A program made the translations under genes and the position numbers. Shown here in pieces: positions 45,712-55,337 of a DNA stretch of 64,000 nt. The notes under the pieces were generated by a model that worked only from the letters and a program-made list of their open reading frames with translations, ran no database searches and was not told the origin of the DNA. The DNA is taken from the sequence record OQ031495; one strand, given 5' to 3'. The stretch comes from Escherichia phage MRostami-2023e. Numbering within the stretch: position 1 is the stretch's first letter; each line of letters opens with the position of its first letter.

Positions 45712-47397
45712 ATGAAAAAAGCTGTTATTCTTGGTGCTGGACTGGCAACTCGTTTGTATCCAATAACGCATCATATTCCTAAGGTGCTTGTTAACTATAA
45801 ACAAGACACTATTCTGAGCAATTTGTATACAATTTATTCTGACCTTGGCGCAGATGAAATTATTGTAGTAGTTCATTCAAAATTTGCTGAAACTGTTCGA
45901 GCTTATTGTGAGCAAGAAGGGTTCAATGTGACTATTCGTACAGTTGATGAAGCGTATGGTTCTGCTTATGCTCTTGCTAAATTACACAAAGATTTAGACG
46001 GCCATAATGTAATTGTTAACTGGTGTGATATTATTCCGGATTTTGGTTCATGGTCTTGGAATGTTAACGCAATCTATGTTAAGGGTGACGAATGTCGATA
46101 TAATTTCGACGGTGAAAATATCACTAACGTAGGTTCAACAGGTGGTAATGTTGTAGGAATTTATCAGTTCAAAGACTGGGAATTCTATATGGGTTCTACC
46201 GATGAGGAAATTCATGAATACTGCAAAGGACGTGATTTCGTAGAATTCCTTTACGGCAGCGCATTCAATAAATCAGAGCTTATGAATCTAATTGATTTAG
46301 GTGATATGCCTAAACTTGAAAAAGCTCATGAAGTTCGTGAACTTAATCGTAGTTTTAATGCAGTTGAAATTGGTGAAGAAACTGTAACTAAATTCGCATT
46401 AACCGAACAGGGTCGAGCTCTTCAGAAAGATGAGATTTCATGGTATCTTAAAGTGAAATCAGATTCAGTTCCTCAGTTAGTTTCTGTTAATGAAAATAAC
46501 TTTGAAATGGAACGCATTAAAGGTAAGCCGGCATTTGAATATATTAAATCAAAATCAAGTCTTGCTCGTCCACAAATTATTGATGCAATTTTAGATGCAC
46601 TGAAATTCAGCACAGACACTTATTTTGTAAGTCCTGAAACTGTTCGCCGTGATTTCACTAAAGAATTCTATACGAAAGTTATTGATCGTTGTGAAAGTAT
46701 TCAACCATTGATTGATTCATTTGGTAAAATCACACATGTGAACTACACTAAGATTGGGCGTCTGAAGCCAATGTTGAAACAAGCTTTAGAACATCTTATT
46801 CGTTATCATAACCGTTCTCAGGGACAGTACTCTGTTATTCACGGTGACCCGAACTTCAGTAATACTATGATTACTGATAACGGCGAAGTCAAGTTTATCG
46901 ACCCTCGTGGATATTTTGGCGAAACCAAGATTTACGGGCCAAAATTGTATGATGAAGCTAAAGTGCTTTATGCTGTTTCAGGTTATGATGAATTCAATGC
47001 TAATCCGGCCTGGGGACAGTTTACTATTGATGAAACAACTTGTAATGTGACTATTAACATCAATCCATTAGTTTACAAATATGGAAAGATGAGTTCGTTT
47101 AACGAGTATCATCATTTGGCAGTGGCAATTATCTGGATTGCATTAGGTGGTTATTTCAAGAATAATCCACTTAAAGCGGTTGCCGCATATTATAAAGGTA
47201 TGGAACTTCTGACTAAGCAATTACGTAACATGGGCCGTGTACTTCAAGACGGCTCTATTAGTTATGACGTAGCAGAACCTGTAACGGCTACTCTGATTAC
47301 AAAAAATCCGGGTAAATGGGTACTAACTGATAAAGAAACTGGTGTTTCCTATCGTCCAATCGGTGGCGATATCACTCATCAATGGGAACGAATCTAA
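45712..47397 (+). CDS. bifunctional sugar-1-phosphate nucleotidylyltransferase (N-terminal) / aminoglycoside-phosphotransferase-type sugar kinase (C-terminal)
   Basis: N-terminal KKAVILGAGLATRLYPIT (GxGxRL NTP-transferase motif); C-terminal HGDPNFSNTMI...KFIDPRGYFG (APH/choline-kinase Brenner motif plus D-x-R/G). Confidence 0.7.
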   Translation: MKKAVILGAGLATRLYPITHHIPKVLVNYKQDTILSNLYTIYSDLGADEIIVVVHSKFAETVRAYCEQEGFNVTIRTVDEAYGSAYALAKLHKDLDGHNVIVNWCDIIPDFGSWSWNVNAIYVKGDECRYNFDGENITNVGSTGGNVVGIYQFKDWEFYMGSTDEEIHEYCKGRDFVEFLYGSAFNKSELMNLIDLGDMPKLEKAHEVRELNRSFNAVEIGEETVTKFALTEQGRALQKDEISWYLKVKSDSVPQLVSVNENNFEMERIKGKPAFEYIKSKSSLARPQIIDAILDALKFSTDTYFVSPETVRRDFTKEFYTKVIDRCESIQPLIDSFGKITHVNYTKIGRLKPMLKQALEHLIRYHNRSQGQYSVIHGDPNFSNTMITDNGEVKFIDPRGYFGETKIYGPKLYDEAKVLYAVSGYDEFNANPAWGQFTIDETTCNVTININPLVYKYGKMSSFNEYHHLAVAIIWIALGGYFKNNPLKAVAAYYKGMELLTKQLRNMGRVLQDGSISYDVAEPVTATLITKNPGKWVLTDKETGVSYRPIGGDITHQWERI

Positions 47398-47783
47398 TGC
47401 ACCGTGTAGAAAACATGCTTAATCTTTATTTTGATGTCGATGATTGTATAACAGAGTGGAATAACAATCGTGATTACGTGAACTTCAAGCCAGACGTCGA
47501 AATGGTGTCTGCCATTAATGCCCTGTATGATGCAGGGCATACCATAACGCTTTACACTGCTCGCGGTATGAAGTCAGTAGGTCCTGGACGTATAGCAATT
47601 GACATTCTCCCAAGTCTGATTCAGAACTTGGCAAACATTGGCTTGAAGTACCATAATTTGCTAACACATAAACCAGTATATGATTGGATTATCGACGACA
47701 AAGCTATGCGTCCTGACGAATTCAAAGCTCTTATGAATAAAGGCGAATTCGAAACATTTAAATCATATAAACCGAATCTATAA
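47397..47783 (+). CDS. HAD-superfamily phosphatase (subfamily IIIA-like)
   Basis: Motif I FDVDDCIT, motif II TITLYTAR, motif III HKP, motif IV IIDDK; TAATG coupling to upstream gene. Confidence 0.65.
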   Translation: MHRVENMLNLYFDVDDCITEWNNNRDYVNFKPDVEMVSAINALYDAGHTITLYTARGMKSVGPGRIAIDILPSLIQNLANIGLKYHNLLTHKPVYDWIIDDKAMRPDEFKALMNKGEFETFKSYKPNL

Positions 47784-47840
47784 TAATTTAAGTAAGACCT
47801 GCAAAAACCATCGCATCAATTAACGTGAGATGCAAAAAAA

Positions 47841-49001
47841 ATGAATACTTTTAAAATCGGAACGAATTTTGATTTAGCTCTTCTTGATAAAATCGTAGAG
47901 CTCAATAAAACTTATCCTAATAGCTTGATAAACGAAGTATACGGCTCTACAAGAGAAATGGCTTTTGTAGCAGCCAGACCTGATTTTAGGCTTCCTGACG
48001 TTGACAAAAAGATGTTAGAAGATTACGTTAAACGTTGTAACGAATTAGGTATTTGCTTTAACTATACACTCAACACGATAAATCCGGGTTCAAAAAGAGA
48101 ACTAGTTGAGTGGAAGAAGAAAGCTATTCAGGACTATGTTCAGTATCTTTGGTCAATAGGCGTATGGCGTATTACTATCGCTAACCCTGTTGTTATGGAA
48201 ATTGTTCGTGAAGTCAATAAAGACATTGAGATTGAAGTTTCAACAATTCTACATGTCGATGCTGTAACTCAAATCAAATACTTGCATGACCAGTATAATA
48301 TCAAAAAGGTCTGCTGTGGAATTCATAAGAACCGTTCAGTTTCTTTCCTGAAGCGTGCAGCAGAGTTTTGCAATAAGAACAATATAATATTTGAAGTTCT
48401 TGTAAATGAGTTCTGTTCTAATGCTGGTAAAGGGTATACAACACATTGTAGCTATCGTGACTCTTGCTATATTTTCCATAGTACTGATGTTACAGCTGAT
48501 GATGCTAAATCCTTAAATGGATATCCTATGCAGCACTGTATTAAAGCTCGTGATACAGACCCATTTAACTGGTTGAGAACTCGTTTTGTTCGTCCACAAG
48601 ATTTGAAACTTTATAATGATATTGGTATCACTCAATTTAAAGTTTCGGGACGTACAGGTAGCACAGACTACATTTTGAAAGTTCTTGAAGCATACGCTTC
48701 TGAAAAGTTTGAAGGTAATTTGTTAGAATTGTGGAAGCCTTTAGAGACCATTTTCACTCTTGAAAATGAGACCGAGTTTTCACATACGGTAAATATTGAA
48801 ACCTCTTTGTTAGATGGCTTTTTAGAAAAAAGGTGGTTCAGACATCCAGATTTCGATTGTGCTAATGAAATCTGCGGGACGACGTGTACATATTGTGAAA
48901 GATATTATAAACGTCAGTTATCTAAAAACGGGTTAGCAGAAAACTCTATATCTATTATTGATATAACTAACTCTGATGACGCTTTGAGGTACCCGGAATG
49001 A
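47841..49001 (+). CDS. Cys-rich protein (386 aa), possible TIM-barrel/U32-like or Fe-S enzyme
   Basis: Cys clusters KVCCGIH, EFCSNAGKGYTTHCSYRDSC and C-terminal CANEICGTTCTYC; fold assignment tentative. Confidence 0.55.
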   Translation: MNTFKIGTNFDLALLDKIVELNKTYPNSLINEVYGSTREMAFVAARPDFRLPDVDKKMLEDYVKRCNELGICFNYTLNTINPGSKRELVEWKKKAIQDYVQYLWSIGVWRITIANPVVMEIVREVNKDIEIEVSTILHVDAVTQIKYLHDQYNIKKVCCGIHKNRSVSFLKRAAEFCNKNNIIFEVLVNEFCSNAGKGYTTHCSYRDSCYIFHSTDVTADDAKSLNGYPMQHCIKARDTDPFNWLRTRFVRPQDLKLYNDIGITQFKVSGRTGSTDYILKVLEAYASEKFEGNLLELWKPLETIFTLENETEFSHTVNIETSLLDGFLEKRWFRHPDFDCANEICGTTCTYCERYYKRQLSKNGLAENSISIIDITNSDDALRYPE

Positions 49002-49237
49002 TTTCTAGAAAAACTTTTAATTATAATCTTAACGAAGAGATTTTGACTATTAAACTGAACACTAACGAACAAATTCTTAAAAAGGCCCTTATGGGCCTGT
49101 TTGAAACCAAAGCGGCTAAAGTGATTAAAGAACCTGTTCAATTGGAATACTACACTGATGCATTCCTTCATAGTGTTCTTGGAAGTATAGATTCTGAAGC
49201 TTTACGTTATATCAACATTGCCAAGAAATTCAAATAA
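48998..49237 (+). CDS. hypothetical protein (79 aa)
   Basis: ATGA-coupled. Confidence 0.45.
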   Translation: MISRKTFNYNLNEEILTIKLNTNEQILKKALMGLFETKAAKVIKEPVQLEYYTDAFLHSVLGSIDSEALRYINIAKKFK

Positions 49238-49260
49238 GCTTTATGAATTGAGTATATAAT
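49237..49260 (+). promoter_or_regulatory. middle (MotA-box-like) promoter candidate upstream of gene 42
   Basis: aaGCTTTA box, about 11-nt spacer, TATAAT. Confidence 0.4.
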
Positions 49261-49278
49261 AACTGTATTGAGGTAAAC

Positions 49279-49995
49279 ATGGGAAAACATAACACAATGA
49301 AATATATCAAAGCCGCAGATTTTCAAACCGCATTTAAAGCAGTCAATCGTGAAATTTTAGAAAACCCGGAATTCGTAACTGATTCTCGTATTGGACGTTG
49401 TAATGAAATTGGGTCTATGACAGTAGTTGTTGACACTCCATCATCATTCAAAATGACCGACCCACGTATTAACCGCATCTCTTATGAATATGCCGAAGAC
49501 TTCTGGAAGTTTATGATTTCTGGTGGTACTGATGCAGAAGAAGCGTTTAAGGCATATCCTAATGTCGCTAAATTTATTTCTAAACCTAAATCAGACGCTT
49601 TGCCTGCAAACTTCAACACTTTCTACGGTCCTCGCATTGCGGCCCAATTACCGGCTCTTCTAAAAGAACTTAAAGAGAAGCCTAACTCTCGAAGAGTTGT
49701 GTTCCAAATTCTAGAAAGTTCTGATCAGGCTTTGCTTGATTCGGACGAAACGCTTGAATATCCATGTACTGACTCAGTGACTTATTATATTCGCGATGGT
49801 AAGCTTTATACCCACTGTCATATGCGTTCTCAGAACTGTGCTGTTGTTATGCAGTTGGATTTTTATCTCCAAGGAAAATTACTTCATTATATCGCTAACG
49901 AATGTGGTGTAGAAGTTGGTGATTATACTCATACCATGGTAAGTGCCCATGTGTTTGAACGTGATTTTGATTATGTTAAAGGGTTTCTTGACTAA
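49279..49995 (+). CDS. 42: dCMP hydroxymethylase gp42 (thymidylate-synthase fold)
   Basis: Position between 43 and uvsX; YPCTDSVTYYIRDGKL and HMRSQN resemble the catalytic-Cys region of T4 gp42; start may be 49297. Confidence 0.7.
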   Translation: MGKHNTMKYIKAADFQTAFKAVNREILENPEFVTDSRIGRCNEIGSMTVVVDTPSSFKMTDPRINRISYEYAEDFWKFMISGGTDAEEAFKAYPNVAKFISKPKSDALPANFNTFYGPRIAAQLPALLKELKEKPNSRRVVFQILESSDQALLDSDETLEYPCTDSVTYYIRDGKLYTHCHMRSQNCAVVMQLDFYLQGKLLHYIANECGVEVGDYTHTMVSAHVFERDFDYVKGFLD

Positions 49996-50894
49996 TGGCT
50001 ATTTTCCGCGTACCTATTTTGAGTATGCGGTCTTATGAAACTGGACAGTATGCTATCCTTAAGGATGGCAACTTCCAACTTCATTTGCACCGTGCTAATC
50101 CAGGCGATGTGATTACATATCCACGTAATGCATCTGATATTAAAGAATGTGAACGTCTTTTCCCAGAATTTAAGTTTGTTCCATTATGGTATAAAGATAA
50201 CGCGTATAACACTCGTAAATATTTCTGGTCTGAAAATGAATTTGTGGTTGATTCATTAATTGCTTATTATGATTGTGATTTTCTAATCACAGATATCACT
50301 GGATATGATGGCGCTTTTGACGTAGAATTCAATTTCAATATCACTGCAGACCCTAATAAACCACGTTTTTATATTGACGAATTCTTAAAAACCGACATGT
50401 TGTCGGTTAATCGTTCACTTCAAACTACTGTGTTGAATGAACGTCAAAAAGAAGTGCTGGTTAACGCAGGTGCAGATGGTAATAAGATTATCGTAACGCA
50501 GAAAGTTATACGTCCTTCCGTCATGCAGCGTCTTGTAGGTGATTTGGCTCCTATTCATCTAGATGGTATTTTTCATCCATTTCGAATTAGTGACCCATGC
50601 TATCGTTTTGAACAAGTTGTTGAATGCGCAATTCAATTAGGTCAACCGCTTTATATAACTGATCCAAATAATAGTTTCGACAGAAATAAGTATCCTGAAG
50701 AAGCGCTGATTCGAATTTTTAATCCAACTAAAACTGAGTACTATCAAATTCTTAAAGGACGTCCGAAGATTCAATATTTCGAAAATCCTGAAGAAGTATT
50801 CCATCCAGGTCTTGGTGAGTTCATCTACTTTAACGCTTTAATTTCTTCGCCGTATAATATACCTAAATACGAAGATGTCGTAATCGAGGAATAA
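49995..50894 (+). CDS. hypothetical protein (299 aa) occupying the T4 beta-glucosyltransferase position
   Basis: ATGA-coupled to gene 42; no recognisable motif. Confidence 0.55.
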   Translation: MAIFRVPILSMRSYETGQYAILKDGNFQLHLHRANPGDVITYPRNASDIKECERLFPEFKFVPLWYKDNAYNTRKYFWSENEFVVDSLIAYYDCDFLITDITGYDGAFDVEFNFNITADPNKPRFYIDEFLKTDMLSVNRSLQTTVLNERQKEVLVNAGADGNKIIVTQKVIRPSVMQRLVGDLAPIHLDGIFHPFRISDPCYRFEQVVECAIQLGQPLYITDPNNSFDRNKYPEEALIRIFNPTKTEYYQILKGRPKIQYFENPEEVFHPGLGEFIYFNALISSPYNIPKYEDVVIEE

Positions 50895-50895
50895 A

Positions 50896-51444
50896 ATGGC
50901 TAAAATTATTTTAGTAGATGGCCCAGATAATGCTGGTAAAACAACTTTCATTAATGACATAATGGAAATTAGTGAAAGATATGTAAAGATTGATTTCCCT
51001 AAACGAACAGTTGATGGACGTTTCGATGTTAAGTCTCGAAATGAAGTTGGCTGTTTCGAAACGATGTTGAATTATTTAGACCCTACTAAGATTTATCTGT
51101 TAGACCGTGGATATATTAGTAACTGGGTTTATGGACGTATTCGACAAGATGCGGATTCGGTTCTTGACGTTTATGAACAGGATTATATTCGTCTTTGCCA
51201 AAACCATGATGTGTTCACAATTATTTTAACACGTAACGAAATGACTGAAAGTTTTGAAGACGACCTTATTACTTTGTCTTCATTCGGTTTTAATACAGTC
51301 ATTTCACATTTTGAAGAGTTTGCAATTCATAACAAAATCCAAACGTATCAATTACTTAATCATGATGGTGCTAACAAAGTTATAGGATTTAATGCAAGCG
51401 AACGTAATGATTTGATTACAGAAATCATCAAATGGGCTCGTTAA
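50896..51444 (+). CDS. thymidylate-kinase-like P-loop nucleotide kinase
   Basis: P-loop LVDGPDNAGKTT and LDRGYISNWVYG (Tmk-like DRY-type motif). Confidence 0.55.
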   Translation: MAKIILVDGPDNAGKTTFINDIMEISERYVKIDFPKRTVDGRFDVKSRNEVGCFETMLNYLDPTKIYLLDRGYISNWVYGRIRQDADSVLDVYEQDYIRLCQNHDVFTIILTRNEMTESFEDDLITLSSFGFNTVISHFEEFAIHNKIQTYQLLNHDGANKVIGFNASERNDLITEIIKWAR

Positions 51445-51462
51445 GAGCCATTTAAAGTTTTA

Positions 51463-51489
51463 AATGCTGTATAACCATTAGTATATAAT
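51463..51489 (+). promoter_or_regulatory. middle (MotA-box-like) promoter candidate upstream of uvsX
   Basis: aaaTGCTgTA box, 12-nt spacer, TATAAT. Confidence 0.4.
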
Positions 51490-51542
51490 CGTCTTATCTT
51501 TTAAACATGAGTAAAATATAATGATGCCTATGGAAAAATACA

Positions 51543-52715
51543 ATGTCTGATTTAAAATCTCGTCTGATTAAAGCTTCTACTTCTAAAATGACTGCAGACT
51601 TGACTAAGTCTAAGCTGTTTAATAATCGTGATGAAGTCCCTACTCGTATTCCGATGTTGAATATCGCACTAGGTGGTGCTCTGAATGCAGGATTGCAATC
51701 AGGCTTGACTATTTTTGCTGCTCCTTCTAAACACTTTAAAACGTTGTTTGGGCTGACTATGGTCGCAGCGTATATGAAGAAATATAAAGATGCAATCTGT
51801 TTGTTTTATGACTCAGAATTCGGTGCTTCAGAATCTTATTTTCGTTCAATGGGTGTTGATTTAGACCGTGTAGTTCATACTCCGATTCAATCTGTCGAAC
51901 AACTTAAAGTTGATATGACTAATCAGCTTGACGCGATTGAACGCGGTGATAAAGTTATTATCTTTATCGATTCAATTGGTAATACTGCATCTAAGAAAGA
52001 AACCGAAGATGCGTTGAACGAGAAAGTTGTAGGTGATATGTCTCGTGCTAAGGCACTTAAATCTCTTTTCCGTATTGTGACTCCTTATCTGACTATTAAA
52101 GATATTCCGTGTGTTGCAATCAACCATACAGCAATGGAAATCGGCGGACTATATCCTAAAGAGATTATGGGTGGCGGTACAGGTATTCTTTACTCTGCTA
52201 ACACTGTATTCTTTATCTCTAAACGTCAGGTTAAAGAAGGTACAGAATTGACCGGTTATGACTTCACGTTGAAAGCAGAAAAATCTCGTACAGTTAAAGA
52301 GAAATCTACTTTCCCGATCACGGTTAATTTTGATGGCGGTATTGATCCATTCAGTGGCTTGTTAGAAATGGCAACTGAAATTGGTTTTGTAGTTAAGCCT
52401 AAAGCTGGTTGGTATGCTCGTGAATTCCTTGACGAAGAAACAGGTGAAATGATTCGTGAAGAGAAATCGTGGCGTGCTAAAGCTACTGATTGTGTAGAAT
52501 TCTGGGGTCCGTTGTTTAAACACAAACCTTTCCGAGATGCAATTGAAACTAAATATAAACTAGGTGCTATCTCTTCTATTAAAGAAGTTGATGACGCTGT
52601 TAATGACCTTATTAATTGCAAAGCAACAACTAAAGTTCCTGTTAAAACTTCTGATGCTCCGTCTGCAGCAGATATAGAAAACGACCTTGACGAAATGGAA
52701 GATTTCGATGAATAA
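51543..52715 (+). CDS. uvsX: recombinase UvsX (RecA-like)
   Basis: RecA fold with Walker A-like PSKHFKT, acidic C-terminal tail; 390 aa. Confidence 0.95.
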   Translation: MSDLKSRLIKASTSKMTADLTKSKLFNNRDEVPTRIPMLNIALGGALNAGLQSGLTIFAAPSKHFKTLFGLTMVAAYMKKYKDAICLFYDSEFGASESYFRSMGVDLDRVVHTPIQSVEQLKVDMTNQLDAIERGDKVIIFIDSIGNTASKKETEDALNEKVVGDMSRAKALKSLFRIVTPYLTIKDIPCVAINHTAMEIGGLYPKEIMGGGTGILYSANTVFFISKRQVKEGTELTGYDFTLKAEKSRTVKEKSTFPITVNFDGGIDPFSGLLEMATEIGFVVKPKAGWYAREFLDEETGEMIREEKSWRAKATDCVEFWGPLFKHKPFRDAIETKYKLGAISSIKEVDDAVNDLINCKATTKVPVKTSDAPSAADIENDLDEMEDFDE

Positions 52716-53049
52716 TCTCGATGATTTAAATCTAGAAATCGTTGATGAATCCCCTTCTTCGGAAGGGGAAGACTTTCGCAAAGAACGAGTGTTTAATGAA
52801 TCTCTTAAAATTGTCCGTTCAGCAATGGAAAATGTCATTCAAGAGATTCTGATTACGCTTGAAGATGGTTCTCATCATATAGTCTATATTACAAAACTAG
52901 ACTGGGTTGATGGTAAAATCGTAATGGACTTTGCAGTTCTTGACCAGGACAGAAAAGCAGAACTTGCACCACATGTTGAAAAATGTGTTACAATGCAAGT
53001 ACAACAAGCTTTTAATGAACGAACCAAGAAAAAATTTAAATTCTTTTAA
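52708..53049 (+). CDS. hypothetical protein in the T4 gene 40 position (head vertex assembly chaperone candidate)
   Basis: Positional between uvsX and 41; sequence not verified. Confidence 0.45.
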   Translation: MNNLDDLNLEIVDESPSSEGEDFRKERVFNESLKIVRSAMENVIQEILITLEDGSHHIVYITKLDWVDGKIVMDFAVLDQDRKAELAPHVEKCVTMQVQQAFNERTKKKFKFF

Positions 53050-53058
53050 GGAGTTATC

Positions 53059-54501
53059 GTGGTAGAAATTATTTTGTCTCATCTAGTATACGACCAGGCT
53101 TATTTTTCTAAGGTCTGGCCTTATATGGATTCTGAGTATTTTGAGCGTGGACCGGCAAAAAATGTCTTTAAAATTATAAAGAGCCACGTTAACGAATATA
53201 ATGCAATGCCATCTATCAATGCGTTAAAGGTGGCTTTAGATAACAGTTCTTTAACTGAAGCCGAATATAAAGGAACTTCAGACCTAATTGAAAAATTGGC
53301 TGATACTCCTGAAGACCATGAATGGCTGGTTAAAGAAACTGAGAAATATGTCCAGCAAAAAGCGATGTATAATGCTACATCCAAAATCATTGAGATTCAG
53401 TCTAATGCTGAACTACCTCCAGAACAACGTAACAAGAAAATGCCTGATGTAGGAGCTATTCCTGATATTATGCGTCAAGCACTTTCAATTTCGTTTGATA
53501 GTTATGTTGGACATGACTGGATGGAAGACTACGAAGCACGCTGGCTTTCTTATCTAAATAAAGCACGTAAGGTCCCGTTCAAATTAAACATTCTGAATAA
53601 AATCACTAAAGGTGGTGCTGAAACCGGTACACTGAATGTTTTAATGGCCGGTGTTAACGTTGGTAAATCTTTAGGCCTTTGTTCACTTGCTGCAGATTAT
53701 CTTCAAACAGGTCATAATGTTCTTTATATTTCCATGGAAATGGCTGAAGAAGTTTGTGCTAAGCGTATAGATGCAAACATGCTTGACGTATCGCTCGATG
53801 ATATCGATGATGGTAACGTATCTTATGCTGAATATAAAGCCAAGATGGAAAAATGGCGTTCAAAATCCACATTAGGACGTTTAGTAGTTAAACAGTATCC
53901 TACTGGTGGAGCTAATGCTAATACATTCCGTGCATTGCTTAATGAGTTAAAACTTAAGAAGAACTTTGTGCCGTCTGTAATCATGGTTGATTACTTAGGT
54001 ATTTGTGGGTCTTGTCGTATCAGAGTTTACACTGAAAATAGCTACACATTAGTTAAAGCTATCGCAGAAGAACTTCGTGCATTAGCAGTAGAATCTGAAA
54101 CAGTTCTATGGACTGCAGCTCAAGTAGGACGTGCAGCATGGGATGCTTCAGACATGAACATGAGTGATATCGCAGAATCAGCAGGTTTACCAGCAACGGC
54201 AGATTTCATGTTGGCCGTAATTGAAACCGAAGAACTTGCACAAGCTGAACAACAACTTATCAAACAAATAAAATCACGATATGGTGATAAGAATAAGTGG
54301 AATAAATTCCTGATGGGTGTACGTAAAGGCAACCAGAAATGGATTGAGATTGAGCAAGAAGGCATGAACACACCTAACACAGTAAATGAAAACGCAGGTG
54401 CTCAGATGCGTCAGGCAGAGGTGAATCGTACGGAACGCGTAGGTAAAGCCAAAGCAACACGTGCTGACCTAGATAGCTTAGCCAATGAGTTAAAATTTTA
54501 A
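53059..54501 (+). CDS. 41: replicative DNA helicase gp41 (DnaB-like)
   Basis: GTG start MVEIILSHL..DQAYFSKVWPYMDSEYFE matches remembered T4 gp41 N-terminus; Walker A GVNVGKS; 480 aa. Confidence 0.93.
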   Translation: MVEIILSHLVYDQAYFSKVWPYMDSEYFERGPAKNVFKIIKSHVNEYNAMPSINALKVALDNSSLTEAEYKGTSDLIEKLADTPEDHEWLVKETEKYVQQKAMYNATSKIIEIQSNAELPPEQRNKKMPDVGAIPDIMRQALSISFDSYVGHDWMEDYEARWLSYLNKARKVPFKLNILNKITKGGAETGTLNVLMAGVNVGKSLGLCSLAADYLQTGHNVLYISMEMAEEVCAKRIDANMLDVSLDDIDDGNVSYAEYKAKMEKWRSKSTLGRLVVKQYPTGGANANTFRALLNELKLKKNFVPSVIMVDYLGICGSCRIRVYTENSYTLVKAIAEELRALAVESETVLWTAAQVGRAAWDASDMNMSDIAESAGLPATADFMLAVIETEELAQAEQQLIKQIKSRYGDKNKWNKFLMGVRKGNQKWIEIEQEGMNTPNTVNENAGAQMRQAEVNRTERVGKAKATRADLDSLANELKF

Positions 54502-54507
54502 TAAAAA

Positions 54508-54527
54508 GGAGACTTCGGTCTCCTTTC
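54508..54527 (+). terminator. rho-independent terminator (UUCG tetraloop)
   Basis: ggagac-ttcg-gtctcc then ttt. Confidence 0.6.
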
Positions 54528-54589
54528 GGGGTTTACATCTTCCTCTAGGCATGATATGATGTACTTACACAAACCAAGAGGAAAACATT

Positions 54590-54964
54590 ATGAATATGTC
54601 TCAAGCAATTTTTACTGCAATCACCGAAAACACAACTGTTGAAGTAGTTTCTCCGCTGGCAACCTACGTTATTCTTGCTCCTAAAACTATTGTATCTCGT
54701 ATGGAAAACATGGGCAAACGTATCGTACAAATAGTTGGAGCTGGAAATCAAAAACTTGATTATCTGCGAACCATCAAAGCTTATGAACATTTCCAACTCG
54801 AAAAAGGTTCTCCTATCCAGGTAGAACTCGTAAATGGTGATATCGTTCGAGCAATGTTCCATCATTTCTATGCATTGAATGACCCATCTAAAGCGGTTCG
54901 TTTAATTGCATATGACGCGAACCAAAACGAAATCAACGCAGATATATCTAAATTACGTTTTTAA
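54590..54964 (+). CDS. hypothetical protein (124 aa)
   Basis: AAGAGGAAAACATTATG start. Confidence 0.55.
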   Translation: MNMSQAIFTAITENTTVEVVSPLATYVILAPKTIVSRMENMGKRIVQIVGAGNQKLDYLRTIKAYEHFQLEKGSPIQVELVNGDIVRAMFHHFYALNDPSKAVRLIAYDANQNEINADISKLRF

Positions 54965-55019
54965 GTTTACTTCTCCAGTAGTTGTGTTATTATAGACCTA
55001 TCAACTACTGGAGAACAAA

Positions 55020-55337
55020 ATGAAAACCATCGATTGTAAAGCAGAATTTAAGATTTTTTATCACGGTTCAAGTAGTTCAGCTAACATCGAAAACATGCTT
55101 TGTCCTCCTGAGGAAACAGGAGTTCTGTCTGAAACTGGACGTAAGAAAAACTTGGATCGTGTATTCTTTACTGAAGATATCGGTTTAGCAAAGATTTATG
55201 CAGGACGAGCTGCACGCTCTTATGGAGGTGAACCACGTCTCTATCGAGTAATTTCTCCGGTAGATGTAGTTCAAATGAATGATACTAAAGGTGCTACAGT
55301 TTATCACGCTGAATGGGCATTTTGCGAGGAAATATGA
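55020..55337 (+). CDS. hypothetical protein (105 aa)
   Basis: GGAG Shine-Dalgarno; early promoter-like GTTTAC ... TGtTATTATag at 54967-55000. Confidence 0.55.
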   Translation: MKTIDCKAEFKIFYHGSSSSANIENMLCPPEETGVLSETGRKKNLDRVFFTEDIGLAKIYAGRAARSYGGEPRLYRVISPVDVVQMNDTKGATVYHAEWAFCEEI

